The notes beneath the pieces were generated by a model. It worked only from the letters and a program-made list of their open reading frames with translations. It had not been told where the DNA came from and did not search any database. Both the position numbers and the translations under genes were made by a program. Below, piece by piece: positions 27,385-40,877 of a stretch of DNA of 64,000 nt (position 1 is its first letter; every line of letters starts with the position of its first letter). The DNA is taken from assembly GCA_963760325.1 (NCBI GenBank), contig CAVXCW010000024.1, positions 13,101-77,100 of the forward strand, read 5' to 3'. Source of the stretch: an uncultured Gammaproteobacteria bacterium (GTDB lineage: Bacteria; Pseudomonadota; Gammaproteobacteria; Steroidobacterales; Woeseiaceae).

Positions 27385-28704
27385 ATGTATTCCCCATTCG
27401 GGCAGCTGCCCGAGCAAAAAGACGTCCGTCGGCGCTCGTTGCGCTCGTCGACACACGAGATCCTGCTAGCACTCACTGCGACGATCGTTACGTTGCCTGT
27501 GTTCGCACAACAGGGCATCCCGTTGACCCTGGCTGAGGCCGAGGATCTGGCACTTGCGGCAGAGCCCGGGCAACAGGCCATGCAAGCGAAGGCCGCCGCG
27601 CTCAAAGAACGTGCCGTGGTTGCCGGCGAGCTGCCCGACCCGATGCTGCGCGTCGGTCTCAACAATTTCCCCATCGAATCCGGCGGTTTCCGGACCGAAG
27701 GCATGACGCACGCGGCTGTCGGATTACGGCAGGCGTTTCCGGCGGGCAAGACTCGCTCATTCAAAGCGCGGCAATTTGATTTGCTCGCCGCCGAGATGAA
27801 CGACAACGCCGACGCCCGGGGTCGAAATGTTTTGACCGCCGTGAGGAGCGCGTGGCTGGATCTCTATTACTGGGAGCAGGCACGCGCGCTGGTGTCTGAG
27901 TCGCGGCCTCTCTTTGACGATTTGGCGATAGTCACGCGGTCGCTGTACTCGGTAGGTCGCAAGAGTCAGCAAGATGTGTTGCGCGCCGAGCTCGAACTCA
28001 GCAGGCTCGATGACCGTTTAATTGACATCGAGCGACAGCGCGCGCGCGCGCAAGCCGCGCTGAGTGAGTGGGTTGGTCACAACGCCGGTCGACGTGTGGC
28101 TCAGAAGCTGCCGAACTGGGGCCAGTTACCGCTTCTGAAGTCTCTGGAGGGCACGCTGCCGGATCATCCGGCCTTGAGAGCCGCTGATGCACAGATCCAG
28201 GCGCGTGGTGCCGGTGTCGACGTGGCGAAACAGCGGTCCAAGCCGGAATGGGCGTTGGATCTTGGCTACAGTTACCGCGAAGGAATGTTGCCCTCCGGCG
28301 AACCGCGATCGGACTTCATTAGCCTTGGTGTCAGCGTCGATTTGCCGTTCTTCAGCAAGAAGTCGGTGGACAGTACGCTATCGGCTGCACTACAGGAACG
28401 CAGGGCGGCCGAATCGAGCCGAGAGCAAATGTTGCGGGCCTTGCGAAGCCAACTGGCGGCTGAGCACGCGCGCTGGAAGGACCTGACGCGCCGATTGTCG
28501 CTGTACGACACCCGCATTCTTAGTCTGGCGGCAATCAATGCCGAGGCATCGATGCTTGCGTATCAAAGTGATAGAGGCGATTTCGCCGACGTGATGCGTG
28601 CCTATATCGACGATTTGAATACCCGTATTGATCACATTCGCCTGCAGGTGGAGCGCGCACAAAGTTATGCCGTGCTCGCCAACCTCGGAGGGCTTCCAGA
28701 ATGA
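27385..28704 (+). CDS. TolC-family outer-membrane efflux protein (CusC/CzcC-like)
   Basis: 439 aa. Repeated OEP-type helical halves. Positioned upstream of the MFP and RND genes with a 4-nt overlap. Confidence 0.8.
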   Translation: MYSPFGQLPEQKDVRRRSLRSSTHEILLALTATIVTLPVFAQQGIPLTLAEAEDLALAAEPGQQAMQAKAAALKERAVVAGELPDPMLRVGLNNFPIESGGFRTEGMTHAAVGLRQAFPAGKTRSFKARQFDLLAAEMNDNADARGRNVLTAVRSAWLDLYYWEQARALVSESRPLFDDLAIVTRSLYSVGRKSQQDVLRAELELSRLDDRLIDIERQRARAQAALSEWVGHNAGRRVAQKLPNWGQLPLLKSLEGTLPDHPALRAADAQIQARGAGVDVAKQRSKPEWALDLGYSYREGMLPSGEPRSDFISLGVSVDLPFFSKKSVDSTLSAALQERRAAESSREQMLRALRSQLAAEHARWKDLTRRLSLYDTRILSLAAINAEASMLAYQSDRGDFADVMRAYIDDLNTRIDHIRLQVERAQSYAVLANLGGLPE

Positions 28705-29990
28705 AGAAGATTACATTTGTTATCGGCGCAATTCTTATCGCGATCGCTTTTGGCATCCTGATTGGCCGTTCCATGAACTCGACAGCTGGCACATCCCCCG
28801 AAGCGGCCGCTGGCGGCGATCGCGAGGTGTTGTATTGGGTCGCACCCATGGATGCCAATTACCGCCGTGATGAACCAGGCAAGTCGCCGATGGGCATGGA
28901 CCTGGTGCCCGTGTATGCCGATGAGGTTGATAGCCAACCCGGCGTGGTCGCCATTGACGCCACGGTAGTGAATAACCTCGGCGTACGTACGGCCCGGGCG
29001 CAGCGTGGCGACTTGTCGCAGCTTATCGAGACGGTCGGCTACGTCGCATACGATGAGGACACCGTGCAACATGTGCACACACGCGTCGACGGCTGGATCG
29101 AGAAACTTGTCACTAAAGCGAAGGGCGATCCGGTCGAGAAGGGACAGCTACTGTTCGAACTGTACTCGCCGACGCTCGTTAACGCGCAGGAGGAATACCT
29201 CGTCGCTCTGCGTAACGCCAACAAATCACTGCTAAAAGCCTCGAAAGAACGCCTCGCCGCTCTCGGGATGCCGGGCAGCGACATCGCTCGACTGGACAAG
29301 GAACGTGCCGTCCGACAGCGAGTGCGGGTGTACGCCGAAGCGCATGGAGTCATCGCGCATCTGGGTGTGCGCGAGGGCATTTTCGTCACACCGGCCACCG
29401 AGGTCATGTCCATCGCGGAACTCGACAAGGTCTGGGTGCTAGCCGAGGTATTCGAGCGGCAGGCGGCATGGGTCAAGCCCGGTCAGATAGCGATGGTTGA
29501 ACTCGACTACCTGCCCGACGAGAAATTGCACGGCATAGTCGATTACATTTACCCGGAACTCGACCCAAAGACGCGAACGTTAAAAGTCCGGCTACGATTC
29601 GACAACGCGGCAGAAACGCTGCGGCCGAACATGTTTGCACGCGTCACGATACAGGGCGACAGCGTCGGCGAGGTGGTGCACGTGCCGCGCGAGGCGCTGA
29701 TTCGAGGTGGTTCGGTTGATCGGGTGGTGGTGGCACTGGGCGAAGGTCGTTTCCGGGCCCAGCCTGTGCAGGTCGGTATCGAGTCGGGAGAGCGTGTGGC
29801 GATTCGCAAGGGTATTTCGGCAGGCGAACTCGTGGTGGTCTCCGGACAGTTCTTGATCGACTCTGAATCGAACATTGAATCCGCATTGAGGCGAATGCAG
29901 GACACCGCCGAAGAGGGGACAGATAACCCGGAAGATCCCATGGATGAGCCCATGGATCATAGCCAGCACCAACAGAAGCCAGCACAATGA
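28701..29990 (+). CDS. RND efflux periplasmic adaptor, heavy-metal (CusB-like) type
   Basis: HlyD-family barrel/lipoyl pattern, plus the N-terminal metal-binding-like [28 protein letters not shown] segment. Confidence 0.85.
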   Translation: MKKITFVIGAILIAIAFGILIGRSMNSTAGTSPEAAAGGDREVLYWVAPMDANYRRDEPGKSPMGMDLVPVYADEVDSQPGVVAIDATVVNNLGVRTARAQRGDLSQLIETVGYVAYDEDTVQHVHTRVDGWIEKLVTKAKGDPVEKGQLLFELYSPTLVNAQEEYLVALRNANKSLLKASKERLAALGMPGSDIARLDKERAVRQRVRVYAEAHGVIAHLGVREGIFVTPATEVMSIAELDKVWVLAEVFERQAAWVKPGQIAMVELDYLPDEKLHGIVDYIYPELDPKTRTLKVRLRFDNAAETLRPNMFARVTIQGDSVGEVVHVPREALIRGGSVDRVVVALGEGRFRAQPVQVGIESGERVAIRKGISAGELVVVSGQFLIDSESNIESALRRMQDTAEEGTDNPEDPMDEPMDHSQHQQKPAQ

Positions 29991-32900
29991 TCGCCGGTGT
30001 TATCCGATGGTCCATTCGGAACCGCTTTCTGGTCCTGATCATGACCTTGTTTGTCACTGCGGGCGGGCTTTATTCGATCAGTCAAACCCCTGTTGACGCG
30101 TTACCCGACCTCTCCGACGTTCAGGTCATTGTCAAGACGTCGTTTCCGGGGCAAGCGCCGCAGGTTGTAGAAGATCAGGTCACCTACCCGCTGACAACAG
30201 CCATGTTGTCGGTTCCTAAAGCCGTCACGGTTCGGGGCTACTCCTTCTTCGGCGACTCGTTTGTCTACATCATTTTCGAGGATGGGACGGATCTGTACTG
30301 GGCGCGCTCACGCGTTCTCGAGTACCTGAGCCAGGTGGCCACACGGCTGCCGGACAATGCCAAGCCGGCACTGGGACCGGATGCCACGGGCGTGGGCTGG
30401 GTGTTTGAGTACGCGTTGGTTGACCGTAGTGGACAGCAAGATCTGGCGGAGCTTCGGAGCCTGCAGGACTGGTTCCTCAAGTACGAGCTACAGACGGTTC
30501 CCGGTGTAGCCGAGGTTGCGACGATTGGCGGAATGGTACGGCAGTACCAGGTGGTCGTAGACCCCGACAAGTTGCGCGCATTCGGAATTCCGTTATCGAA
30601 ACTCAAGATGGCTATACAGCAAGGCAACCAGGAAACCGGTGGTTCCGTCATTGAGATGGGCGAGGCCGAGTATATGGTGCGCGCAAGCGGCTACCTGGAG
30701 AACCTCGACGATCTCCGCGACATTCCGTTGGGCGTCAACGAGCAGGGCACACCGCTGGTGTTGTCGGACGTCGCTGATATTCGTCTGGGTCCCCAAATGC
30801 GCCGGGGTATTGCGGAGCTCGATGGCGAAGGTGAGGTCGTCGGTGGCGTGATCGTCATGCGTTCGGGCGAGAATGCGCTGAAAACGATCAGCGCAGTCAA
30901 GAATCGACTCGTCGAGCTTCAACGCAGTCTTCCGGACGGTGTCGAGATCGTTACCACCTACGATCGATCGGATTTGATCAAGCGCGCCGTTGAAACGCTA
31001 CAGGGCAAGCTGCTTGAAGAATTCCTCGTGGTGGCATTGGTCTGCGCGGTATTTCTTTTCCACCTTCGATCGTCGGCCGTAATAATTTTCAGTTTGCCAG
31101 TGGGAATTCTGGCTGCTTTCATCGTGATGCACTTACAAGGAATCAACGCCAACATCATGTCGTTGGGTGGCATTGCGATCGCAATCGGTGCAATGGTAGA
31201 CGCTGCCATCGTAATGGTCGAAAACGTGCACAAGCACATTGAGAATGAGCCGCTAACGGATGAAAACCGCTGGCGCATCATGGGTGATGCGGCGACCGAG
31301 GTGGGTCCGCCATTGTTTTTCTCGCTCTTGATCATCACGCTGAGCTTTCTGCCGGTGTTTACGCTCGAGGCACAGGAAGGCCGGTTGTTCGCGCCGCTCG
31401 CCTTCACCAAGACCTACGCAATGGCAGCCGCTGCCGTGCTGTCTGTCACGCTGGTGCCGGTGCTGATGGGGTATTTTATTCGCGGCAAAGTGACGCCCGA
31501 GCACAAGAATCCAATAAATCGCGTACTCATCGCCGTGTACCAGCCAATCATCCACGCGGTGATTCGTTTTCCGAAAGGGACGCTGGTACTGGCGGGCATC
31601 ATTCTCTTGATCGGCCTTTGGCCAGCGACCAAACTTGGCTCGGAGTTCATGCCACCGCTGGACGAAGGCGATCTGATGTACATGCCGACCACCTACCCAG
31701 GTGTGTCAATCGACAAGGCGCGCGAGATCCTGCAAAGCACTGACAAAATGATCCTCGGAGTGCCGGAAGTGAAAGCGCGTCTTTGGCAAGATCGGACGCG
31801 CCGAGACGGCAACCGATCCGGCACCTTTGACAATGATCGAGACTGTGATTCAGCTAAAGCCGCGCGAGGAGTGGCGCGCGGGCATGACGCCGGAGGGTTT
31901 GCGCGCCGAGCTCGATCGAGTCGTCAAATACACGGGTCTTACCAATGCCTGGGTGATGCCCATCAAAACGCGCATCGATATGCTCGCGACCGGCATAAAG
32001 ACGCCGGTCGGCATCAAGGTGGCCGGGCCGGATCTGAAGGTGATTGAGCGTATCGGCCAGGATCTCGAGCGCGTGCTCGCCAATGTCGATGGCACCGCCT
32101 CGGTGTATTCCGAGCGTGTCGCGGGTGGGCGCTACGTGGATGTCGACATCGATCGTAAACGTGCCTCGCGCTTTGGCCTGAACATCAACGATGTGCAAGA
32201 TGTTGTTCGTTCTGCGGTTGGCGGCATGAACGTAACGCAAACGGTGGAAGGCCTTGAGCGTTACCCGGTCAACGTTCGCTACCCGCAGCGAGTACGCGAC
32301 TCGGTCGAGCAATTAAAATTGCTGCCAATAGTGACTCCAAACGGTGCCAGAATCGCATTGGCCGACGTCGCCGAAGTCAAAGTGGTTGATGGTCCGCCGG
32401 CGATCAAGAGCGAGAATGCACGATTGAACGGTTGGACGTACGTGGATATCACGGGTCGTGACCTCGGCTCTTATGTCGTAGAGGCACAAAATGTAGTGGC
32501 CGACATGGTTGAATTACCCGCGGGCTATTCGCTGGCATGGTCGGGTCAATACGAGTACATGGTACGAGCCAAGGAGAGACTATCCAGTTGTCGGCCCGGT
32601 CACGCTCGCGATCATCGTGCTGCTGCTGTACCTCAATTTCCGGCGCTTTGCCGAAGTTGCGATCATTATTGGCACGTTGCCGATGGCGCTGATTGGCGGG
32701 CTTTGGCTGCTCTACCTGCTCGAATACGACCTCTCGGTCGCGGTCGGGGTCGGATTTATCGCGTTGGCAGGCGTTGCGGTCGAAATCGGTGTAGTGATGC
32801 TGGTTTACCTCAACCAGGCGATTCGAGAACACATGGCAACGGCGAAGTCCGACGGTCGTTCGCTTACCATGGACGATGTCGAGCAGGCCGTTATTGACGG

Positions 32901-33116
32901 GGCTGTGCTTCGTGTGCGGCCAATTATGATGACGGTTGCCGCGATTATCGCCGGTCTGTTGCCAATCATGCTGGGTGGGGGCACCGGGTCGGAGGTAATG
33001 CGTCGTATCGCCGCACCAATGGTCGGCGGAATGGTGAGCGCTACAGTACTTACTTTGATCGTTATACCCGCGTTGTTCCTGATTTGGCGCGGGCGAGCCA
33101 CGGAGCCGGACTTGAC

Positions 33117-33120
<4 letters not shown>
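29987..33120 (+). pseudogene. cusA: CusA/CzcA-family heavy-metal RND transporter, interrupted by two +1 frame changes
   Basis: Three track ORFs (29987..32047, 31827..32897, 32509..33120) are collinear with one RND protein of about 1044 aa. Junction 1 is near 31778: GTGAAAGCG-C-GTCTTTGGCAAGATCGGACGCGCCGAGACGGCAACCGATCCG, reading [33 protein letters not shown]. Junction 2 is near 32586: AKERLS/VVGPVTLAIIVLLLYLNFRRF. Confidence 0.9.
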
Positions 33121-35391
<2,271 letters not shown>

Positions 35392-35472
35392 GCCGTAAGG
35401 CACATCAGATGTCCGGCTATTTTGTCCCGGCGCGACGCTGTTCGGCGTGCGCCGGTTGCTTGGCGAGAAGCG

Positions 35473-35688
35473 CTAAGCGTCGAGATCCGGGATTAACTCG
35501 CTCTCGAGGTTAGTGATCATGTCCTTCAGGAGCAGCTTGCGCTTCTTAAGGCGTCGAATACGCAGTTGATCGACCATGGGGTCGTGCTGCAAGCGATCGA
35601 TCAGGTAGTCGAGATCCCGGTGACTGACACGCAGTTCGCGCAATCGCTCCAGTTGCTTAAACGATTCGGTATCGACTTTTTCTGTCAT
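35473..35688 (-). CDS. DUF465 (YdcH-like) small coiled-coil protein
   Basis: 71 aa. LRELRVSHRDLDYLIDRL..DQLRIRRLKKRKLLLKD is typical of the DUF465 family. Confidence 0.7.
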   Translation of the reverse strand: MTEKVDTESFKQLERLRELRVSHRDLDYLIDRLQHDPMVDQLRIRRLKKRKLLLKDMITNLESELIPDLDA

Positions 35689-35697
35689 ACAGCTATG

Positions 35698-36501
35698 CTA
35701 CTCGCTGTCCGGTAACAGCGCCAACCAGTCTCGATCGCTGGCGCCAATGACGAAAAAATGACGGGTTAAGGATGTCCGATTTCGCGTTATATGTCATCGG
35801 TTTCCCGTCGAGCGTAACGACGCTGCCACCTGCTTGTTCGACAACGGCCTGAGCCGCTGCGGTGTCCCATTCGGATGTCGGGCCGAGGCGCGGGTAGAGG
35901 TCGGCGCCACCTTCGGCTACCACGCAGAATTTCAATGAGCTACCCATCGGCACCATGTCGTGCTCACCAAGACGCGAAGATAGGCATCGAGGCTCGCGCC
36001 ACGATGTGAACGACTGCCGACAACCCGGACCGGCGTGCCGCTCGTGGTCGTTACACGAATTGGCGTGGCCGGAGTACCGCGATCGCGCAGTTCCGCGCCG
36101 AGACCTTCGCATCCGACGTAAGTCTTGTTCTGCACCGGCACGTGCACTACGCCCAGTATTGGTCGGTTTTCCTGGATCAAGGCAATGTTGACGGTGAATT
36201 CGCCGTTTCGATTGACGAATTCCTTGGTGCCGTCGAGCGGGTCGATCAACCAGTAGCGCTCCCATTTGCGGCGCTCCTCGAACGCCGGCAGGCCGGATTC
36301 TTCAGAAATGATGGGCAGGCCCGGAGTCAGCGTCTCGAGGCCCGCAACGATGCAGTGATGGGACGCAAGGTCGGCTTGCGTCAGGGGCGACTCATCCGCC
36401 TTGCTTTGCACCTCGAAATTCGTCGAGTAAACTTCGAGAATCGCACGGCCAGCATCTTCCGCCAGCGCGACGACGGGCTCGATCAGTGTTTTGAGATCCA
36501 T
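35698..36501 (-). pseudogene. cysQ: 3'(2'),5'-bisphosphate nucleotidase CysQ, interrupted by two single-base indels
   Basis: Track ORFs 35932..36501 and 35693..36265 together match CysQ (WLIDPLDGTKEFVNRNGEFTVNIALI ... GSSLKFCVVAEGGADLYPRLGPTSEWDTAAAQAVV). Junction 1 is near 35966-35972 (SRSHRGASLDAYLRV/LGEHDMVPMGSS, one base missing). Junction 2 is at the A6/T6 run at 35753-35758; after correction the C-terminus reads NPSFFVIGASDRDWLALLPDSE, with the stop at 35698-35700. Confidence 0.85.
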
Positions 36502-36540
36502 GCTTTTTTCCTGCCACTAAACCGGGCGCGCAGTATACCA

Positions 36541-37204
36541 ATGAATATCGATCCGAAAACTGCGTTGCAGCGCAGCGAGACGCTGATGCTCGACATGGAC
36601 GGCACCTTGCTCGATCTTGCCTTCGACAACTACATCTGGAAAGAACTGGTGCCGCGGCGCTATGCCGCCGCCAATGGAATGACCTTTGAAGCGGCACGCG
36701 ACCACCTGTTCGAGCAATACCGTGCCGTGCAGGGCGATCTCGAATGGTATTGCCTGGATCACTGGTGTGAGCGACTCGGTATCGACGTTGTGCAGATCCA
36801 CCACGACGTCACGCATCGCATCGGTTACCTGCCGGGCGCGCTGGACTTCCTGCGGACGGTGCACGAGCAGGATACCCGCGTTCTCCTGGTTACCAATTCG
36901 CATCCCGATACGCTCGCGCTGAAGGACGCTGTAACCGGCCTGGGCGACTATTTCGACGGCGTGTTCAGCTCACACAACTATGGACACGCGAAGGAAAGCC
37001 AGGCTTTCTGGCATGCATTACAGGATGACGTCGGATTCGACATCGAGACGACGCTTATTCGTGGACGACAGTCAGCCCGTGCTCCAAAGCGCGAAGGAAT
37101 ACGGCGTGTCGATGCTGGTCACGGTTACGCGACCGGACACGACGCGACCGCTTAAACACGGCTCTGAATTTCGCGGCGTCGAAACGGTGGTGGATATGCT
37201 GTAG
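36541..37204 (+). pseudogene. yrfG: HAD-family GMP/IMP nucleotidase (YrfG-like) with one +1 frame change near 37057
   Basis: Starts at the ATG at 36541 (MNIDPKTALQRSETLMLDMDGTLLDLAFDNYIWKELVP..LEWYCLDHWCERLGIDV, YrfG-like). The frame switches at ACGCTT-A-TTCGTGGACGAC. The C-terminus FVDDSQPVLQSAKEYGVSMLV (HAD motif IV) lies in track ORF 36980..37204. Confidence 0.72.
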
Positions 37205-37298
37205 GAGGCCGCACATTGTAGGAGGCCGCCCCAGCGGCCGACCATTGGTGCGACCTGCAGGTCGCCGCAATCGCTCGGCCGCTGGGGCGGCCTCCTAC
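37201..37298. repeat. nested palindromic (REP-like) element / bidirectional terminator between convergent genes
   Basis: GTAGGAGGCCGC occurs at 37201-37212. GTAGGAGGCCGCCCCAGCGGCCGA (37218-37241) pairs perfectly with TCGGCCGCTGGGGCGGCCTCCTAC (37275-37298). An inner perfect palindrome GCGACCTGCAGGTCGC sits at 37250-37265. Confidence 0.8.
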
Positions 37299-37314
37299 AA
37301 CCACGCTCCCGAAA

Positions 37315-38607
37315 TTACCGCCTCGGTGGTCCGCGCCGTGCGCCGCCGGATCGTGGTTTACCGCCGCCGGATCTGCCGCCTCCGGGCCTGCCGCGCTGGT
37401 TAGAGGGTTTCCTCGGCCGTCGTTTAGGTACGATGATTTCCGGTAAGTCGTCCGGGTTGTAGCTGGCGACCGGCAATTTGTGGCCGATGTACTCTTCGAT
37501 TTCGGGCAGCGACACGACGTAGGTCTCGCAACCAAGGCTGATGGCGTCGCCCGCCGCTCCGGCGCGAGCCGTTCGACCGATGCGGTGGACATAGTCTTCG
37601 GCGTCCTGCGGCAGGTCGTAGTTGATGACGTACTGCACGTCCGGGACGTGCAAACCGCGAGAGGCGACGTCCGTACCGATGAGCACCGCAAGCTCGCCGC
37701 TCTGAAAGTCCATTAGCATGCGCAAACGCTTGTTTTGCGGCACGTCCCCGGAAATAGCTTTGGCATGGATGCCGTTGGCTTCGAGATAATCCTGCACGCG
37801 CTCGGCTTCGCGCTTCATATTCACGAAGATCATGATGCGCCCCTCACCCATCTCCCGGACGAGGCCGATCAGCAGCCGCATCTTGTCTTCGTTCGACGGG
37901 AAGAACACGGCCTGGCGAACGCGGTCGGCCGTGACCTTGTCGGGTTCGATGCGTATCAGCTCGGGCTCGTTCATGTGCTCGTAGGCGAGCTCCATCACGC
38001 GCTGAGACAAGGTCGCGGAGAACAGCATGTTGAGGCGCTTGTCAGGAGCCGGGAGCTTGCGCAGCAAATAACGAATGTCCTTGATGAAACCGAGGTCAAA
38101 CATGCGATCGGCTTCATCGAGGATCGCCACTTCAACCTGGTCAAGCTTGAACACGCCCTGCTTGAAATAATCGATGATGCGCCCGGGCGTGCCAATCAGG
38201 AGGTCGACACCGTTCTCGAGGGTTCTGCGCTGCTTCTCGTAATCCGTGCCGCCGAATGCGATGCCGATCTTTAGCCCCGTGTGCTTGCCCAGGACCTCCG
38301 CATCGTTGGCGATTTGCACGGCCAGCTCGCGTGTTGGAGCCAACGCGAACAGCCTGGGCTGGCGTTTCTCGCCCGCGGTATGCGGCGTCTTCAGAAGCCG
38401 CTCGTAGGCGGCAATCAGGAAGGCGGCAGTCTTGCCGGTACCTGTTTGCGCCTGACCCGCGACGTCGTGACCCTTGAGGGCTATCGGAAGCGTGCTGGCC
38501 TGTATGGGGGTGCAGAATTCGAATCCTGCATCGCGTATACCCGCCTGCACACTGTCTTGAAGTGGCAAGGAGTCGAATCTGAGTTCGCTCAGATGGTTTT
38601 CAGACAT
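37315..38607 (-). CDS. rhlB: DEAD-box ATP-dependent RNA helicase (RhlB-like)
   Basis: Q-motif FEFCTPIQ, AQTGTGKT, DEAD (ILDEADRMFD), SAT and HRIGRTARAG, with an Arg/Gly-rich C-terminal tail. Divergent from trxA-rho, as in the enterobacterial rhlB-trxA-rho arrangement. Confidence 0.82.
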   Translation of the reverse strand: MSENHLSELRFDSLPLQDSVQAGIRDAGFEFCTPIQASTLPIALKGHDVAGQAQTGTGKTAAFLIAAYERLLKTPHTAGEKRQPRLFALAPTRELAVQIANDAEVLGKHTGLKIGIAFGGTDYEKQRRTLENGVDLLIGTPGRIIDYFKQGVFKLDQVEVAILDEADRMFDLGFIKDIRYLLRKLPAPDKRLNMLFSATLSQRVMELAYEHMNEPELIRIEPDKVTADRVRQAVFFPSNEDKMRLLIGLVREMGEGRIMIFVNMKREAERVQDYLEANGIHAKAISGDVPQNKRLRMLMDFQSGELAVLIGTDVASRGLHVPDVQYVINYDLPQDAEDYVHRIGRTARAGAAGDAISLGCETYVVSLPEIEEYIGHKLPVASYNPDDLPEIIVPKRRPRKPSNQRGRPGGGRSGGGKPRSGGARRGPPRR

Positions 38608-38889
38608 AGAAAAGAGACCAGAAAATATACGTTAAAAGCTTGCAAAATGGCTCGCGAACCGGTCAAATTGGCCTAATTCGACGCGACAACCGTCGCACCC
38701 GCCAATTTCGATTTCCTAAACGATCCAGAGAGAAGCCGGAAATAGCCGGAATTAGTCGGCATTTGAGCTGCGACATATTGCCTGATAGTTGAGGCAGCGT
38801 CATCCGTTTTTGCAATGTTGGTTCGTCTGAGAACCGGACAATGGGCAAAACCACTATCGATTCACACTTTCATTGGGAGGAAGTAACCG

Positions 38890-39216
38890 GTGAGCGACAA
38901 TATTGTGCACACATCGGACGGCACATTCGATGCCGACGTATTACAAAATGACAAAGCGGTGCTGCTCGATTTCTGGGCGGAATGGTGCGGACCCTGCAAG
39001 ATGATCGCGCCGCTCCTGGAAGAGGTCGCCGTATCGCATGCTGACAAACTTGCGGTTGTGAAGCTGAATGTGGATGAGAATCCGAATACGGCCCAGAAAT
39101 TCGGCATCCGCAGTATTCCGACGTTAATGTTGTTCAAGGACGGTGCCGTACAGGCACAAAAGATGGGTGCGATGCCAAAATCGCAACTCGAAGAGTTTCT
39201 GGAAACTAATCTGTGA
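38890..39216 (+). CDS. trxA: thioredoxin 1
   Basis: GTG start preceded by [22 protein letters not shown] active site. 108 aa. Confidence 0.95.
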   Translation: MSDNIVHTSDGTFDADVLQNDKAVLLDFWAEWCGPCKMIAPLLEEVAVSHADKLAVVKLNVDENPNTAQKFGIRSIPTLMLFKDGAVQAQKMGAMPKSQLEEFLETNL

Positions 39217-39386
39217 GAGGGTACTTGGGTACTTCAACTAAAAACCACCCGAACAAAGCGGGTAACAAGAGTAAGGGCAATCCGAATCGCCGCCGTCGTC
39301 GTCGGCCACCACAATCCGAATATCCGGATGACGAAGGCAGTCTCGACGTAATAACGCCCGAGCAACTCGAACAAAGTAAGAACATC

Positions 39387-40643
39387 ATGAACCTGTCGGA
39401 GTTGAAAACTCGTCCGGCAGCGGCACTCGTCGAGCTAGGCGAGTCACTGGGTGTTGAGAATCTCGCGCGTTCACGCAAACAGGACATGATCTTCGCCATC
39501 CTCAAGGCGCACGCCAGCAAGGGTGAGGATATCTACGGTGATGGCGTACTGGAGATTTTGCAGGACGGCTTTGGCTTTTTGCGATCCTCCGACAGTTCCT
39601 ATCTTGCCGGCCCCGACGATATCTACGTCAGCCCCAGCCAGATTCGTCGCTTCAACCTGCGTACGGGCGATTTGGTTTCAGGCTTGATACGTCCGCCGAA
39701 GGAAGGCGAGCGCTATTTCGCATTACTCAAAGTCGGCCAGATCAATCATGATGCGCCGGAGAATGCGCGCAACAAGGTTCTGTTTGAGAACCTGACGCCA
39801 CTGTTTCCAACGCAACGCCTGAAGCTCGAGCAGGGCAATGGCAGTACTGAAGATCTGACTGCGCGCATTATCGATATGGTCGCGCCGATCGGAAAGGGCC
39901 AGCGCGGCTTGATCGTCTCTCCGCCGAAAGCCGGTAAAACGATGCTGCTGCAGAATATTGCGTCGGCAATCTGCGCAAATACGCCTGAAGTTGACCTGAT
40001 CGTCCTGCTCATTGACGAGCGGCCGGAAGAGGTTACCGAGATGGAGCGCACCGTTCGCGGTGAAGTGGTTTCGTCGACCTTTGATGAGCCGGCCAGCCGG
40101 CACGTGCAGGTGGCCGAGATGGTCATCGAAAAGGCGAAACGCCTTGTCGAGCACAAGCGCGACGTCGTTATTCTGCTGGACTCGATTACCCGACTTGCGC
40201 GCGCCTACAACACCGTTGTGCCGTCGTCAGGCAAGGTGCTAACGGGTGGTGTCGATGCAAACGCATTGCATCGGCCGAAGCGTTTCTTCGGCGCAGCTCG
40301 AAACATCGAGGAAGGCGGCAGCTTGACGATTCTTGCGACTGCGCTCGTCGATACAGGCTCGAAGATGGACGAAGTGATCTACGAAGAGTTCAAGGGCACA
40401 GGCAACATGGAGATCCACCTGGATCGCCGTATCGCCGAGAAACGCGTATTCCCGGCGATCAATATCAACCGCTCGGGCACGCGTAAGGAAGAGTATCTGA
40501 CCGATCCGGATGAGTTGCAGAAGATGTGGATTTTGAGAAAAGTCCTGCATCCGATGGATGAACTTGCGGCGGTCGAGTTCCTGTTGAACAAGCTGCAGGA
40601 CACCAAGACCAACGCGCAGTTCTTTGAGGCTATGAAGAGATAG
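39387..40643 (+). CDS. rho: transcription termination factor Rho
   Basis: Trimmed to the ATG at 39387 ([41 protein letters not shown]). Walker A PPKAGKT. 418 aa. Confidence 0.95.
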   Translation: MNLSELKTRPAAALVELGESLGVENLARSRKQDMIFAILKAHASKGEDIYGDGVLEILQDGFGFLRSSDSSYLAGPDDIYVSPSQIRRFNLRTGDLVSGLIRPPKEGERYFALLKVGQINHDAPENARNKVLFENLTPLFPTQRLKLEQGNGSTEDLTARIIDMVAPIGKGQRGLIVSPPKAGKTMLLQNIASAICANTPEVDLIVLLIDERPEEVTEMERTVRGEVVSSTFDEPASRHVQVAEMVIEKAKRLVEHKRDVVILLDSITRLARAYNTVVPSSGKVLTGGVDANALHRPKRFFGAARNIEEGGSLTILATALVDTGSKMDEVIYEEFKGTGNMEIHLDRRIAEKRVFPAININRSGTRKEEYLTDPDELQKMWILRKVLHPMDELAAVEFLLNKLQDTKTNAQFFEAMKR

Positions 40644-40708
40644 TCGATCTGTCCGGCAATGCTCGCGCTGCCGCGCGCTCGTCATTGCCAAAATATGTGT
40701 CGATTCAA

Positions 40709-40736
40709 ACGGGCCCCTTGCGGGCCCGTATTTCAT
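40709..40736 (+). terminator. stem-loop downstream of rho
   Basis: ACGGGCCC-CTTGC-GGGCCCGT followed by ATTTCATT. Preceded by a second imperfect hairpin at about 40655-40689. Confidence 0.55.
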
Positions 40737-40877
40737 TGTCCCTCCACCTGATCTTTCCACATATTTAGGCTGAGTTGACGCCTTCTGTGTAGTCGCCAGG
40801 CGTACAATCGGGTCGGCGTCCGACCGATTTTTCCAGCAATAGCCGTCAAAACTATCGAGCATCCGGGACAATTCGGC

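Noticed and set aside
39213-39386. 58-codon in-frame N-terminal extension of rho (GTG overlapping the trxA stop; contains [10 protein letters not shown]).
   Set aside because: The canonical Rho N-terminus (MNLSELK..) begins at the ATG at 39387, which gives a standard 418-aa protein. The extension is low-complexity and most simply represents the long rho leader. An N-terminally extended Rho cannot be excluded without comparative data.
40780-40877. Candidate sigma-70 promoter TTGACG ... TACAAT and a small hairpin (GGTCGGCGTCCGACC plus T-run) upstream of the FecI-like sigma gene.
   Set aside because: The hexamers are about 22 nt apart, too far for a functional -35/-10 pair. The hairpin is short. 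Neither can be supported from sequence alone.
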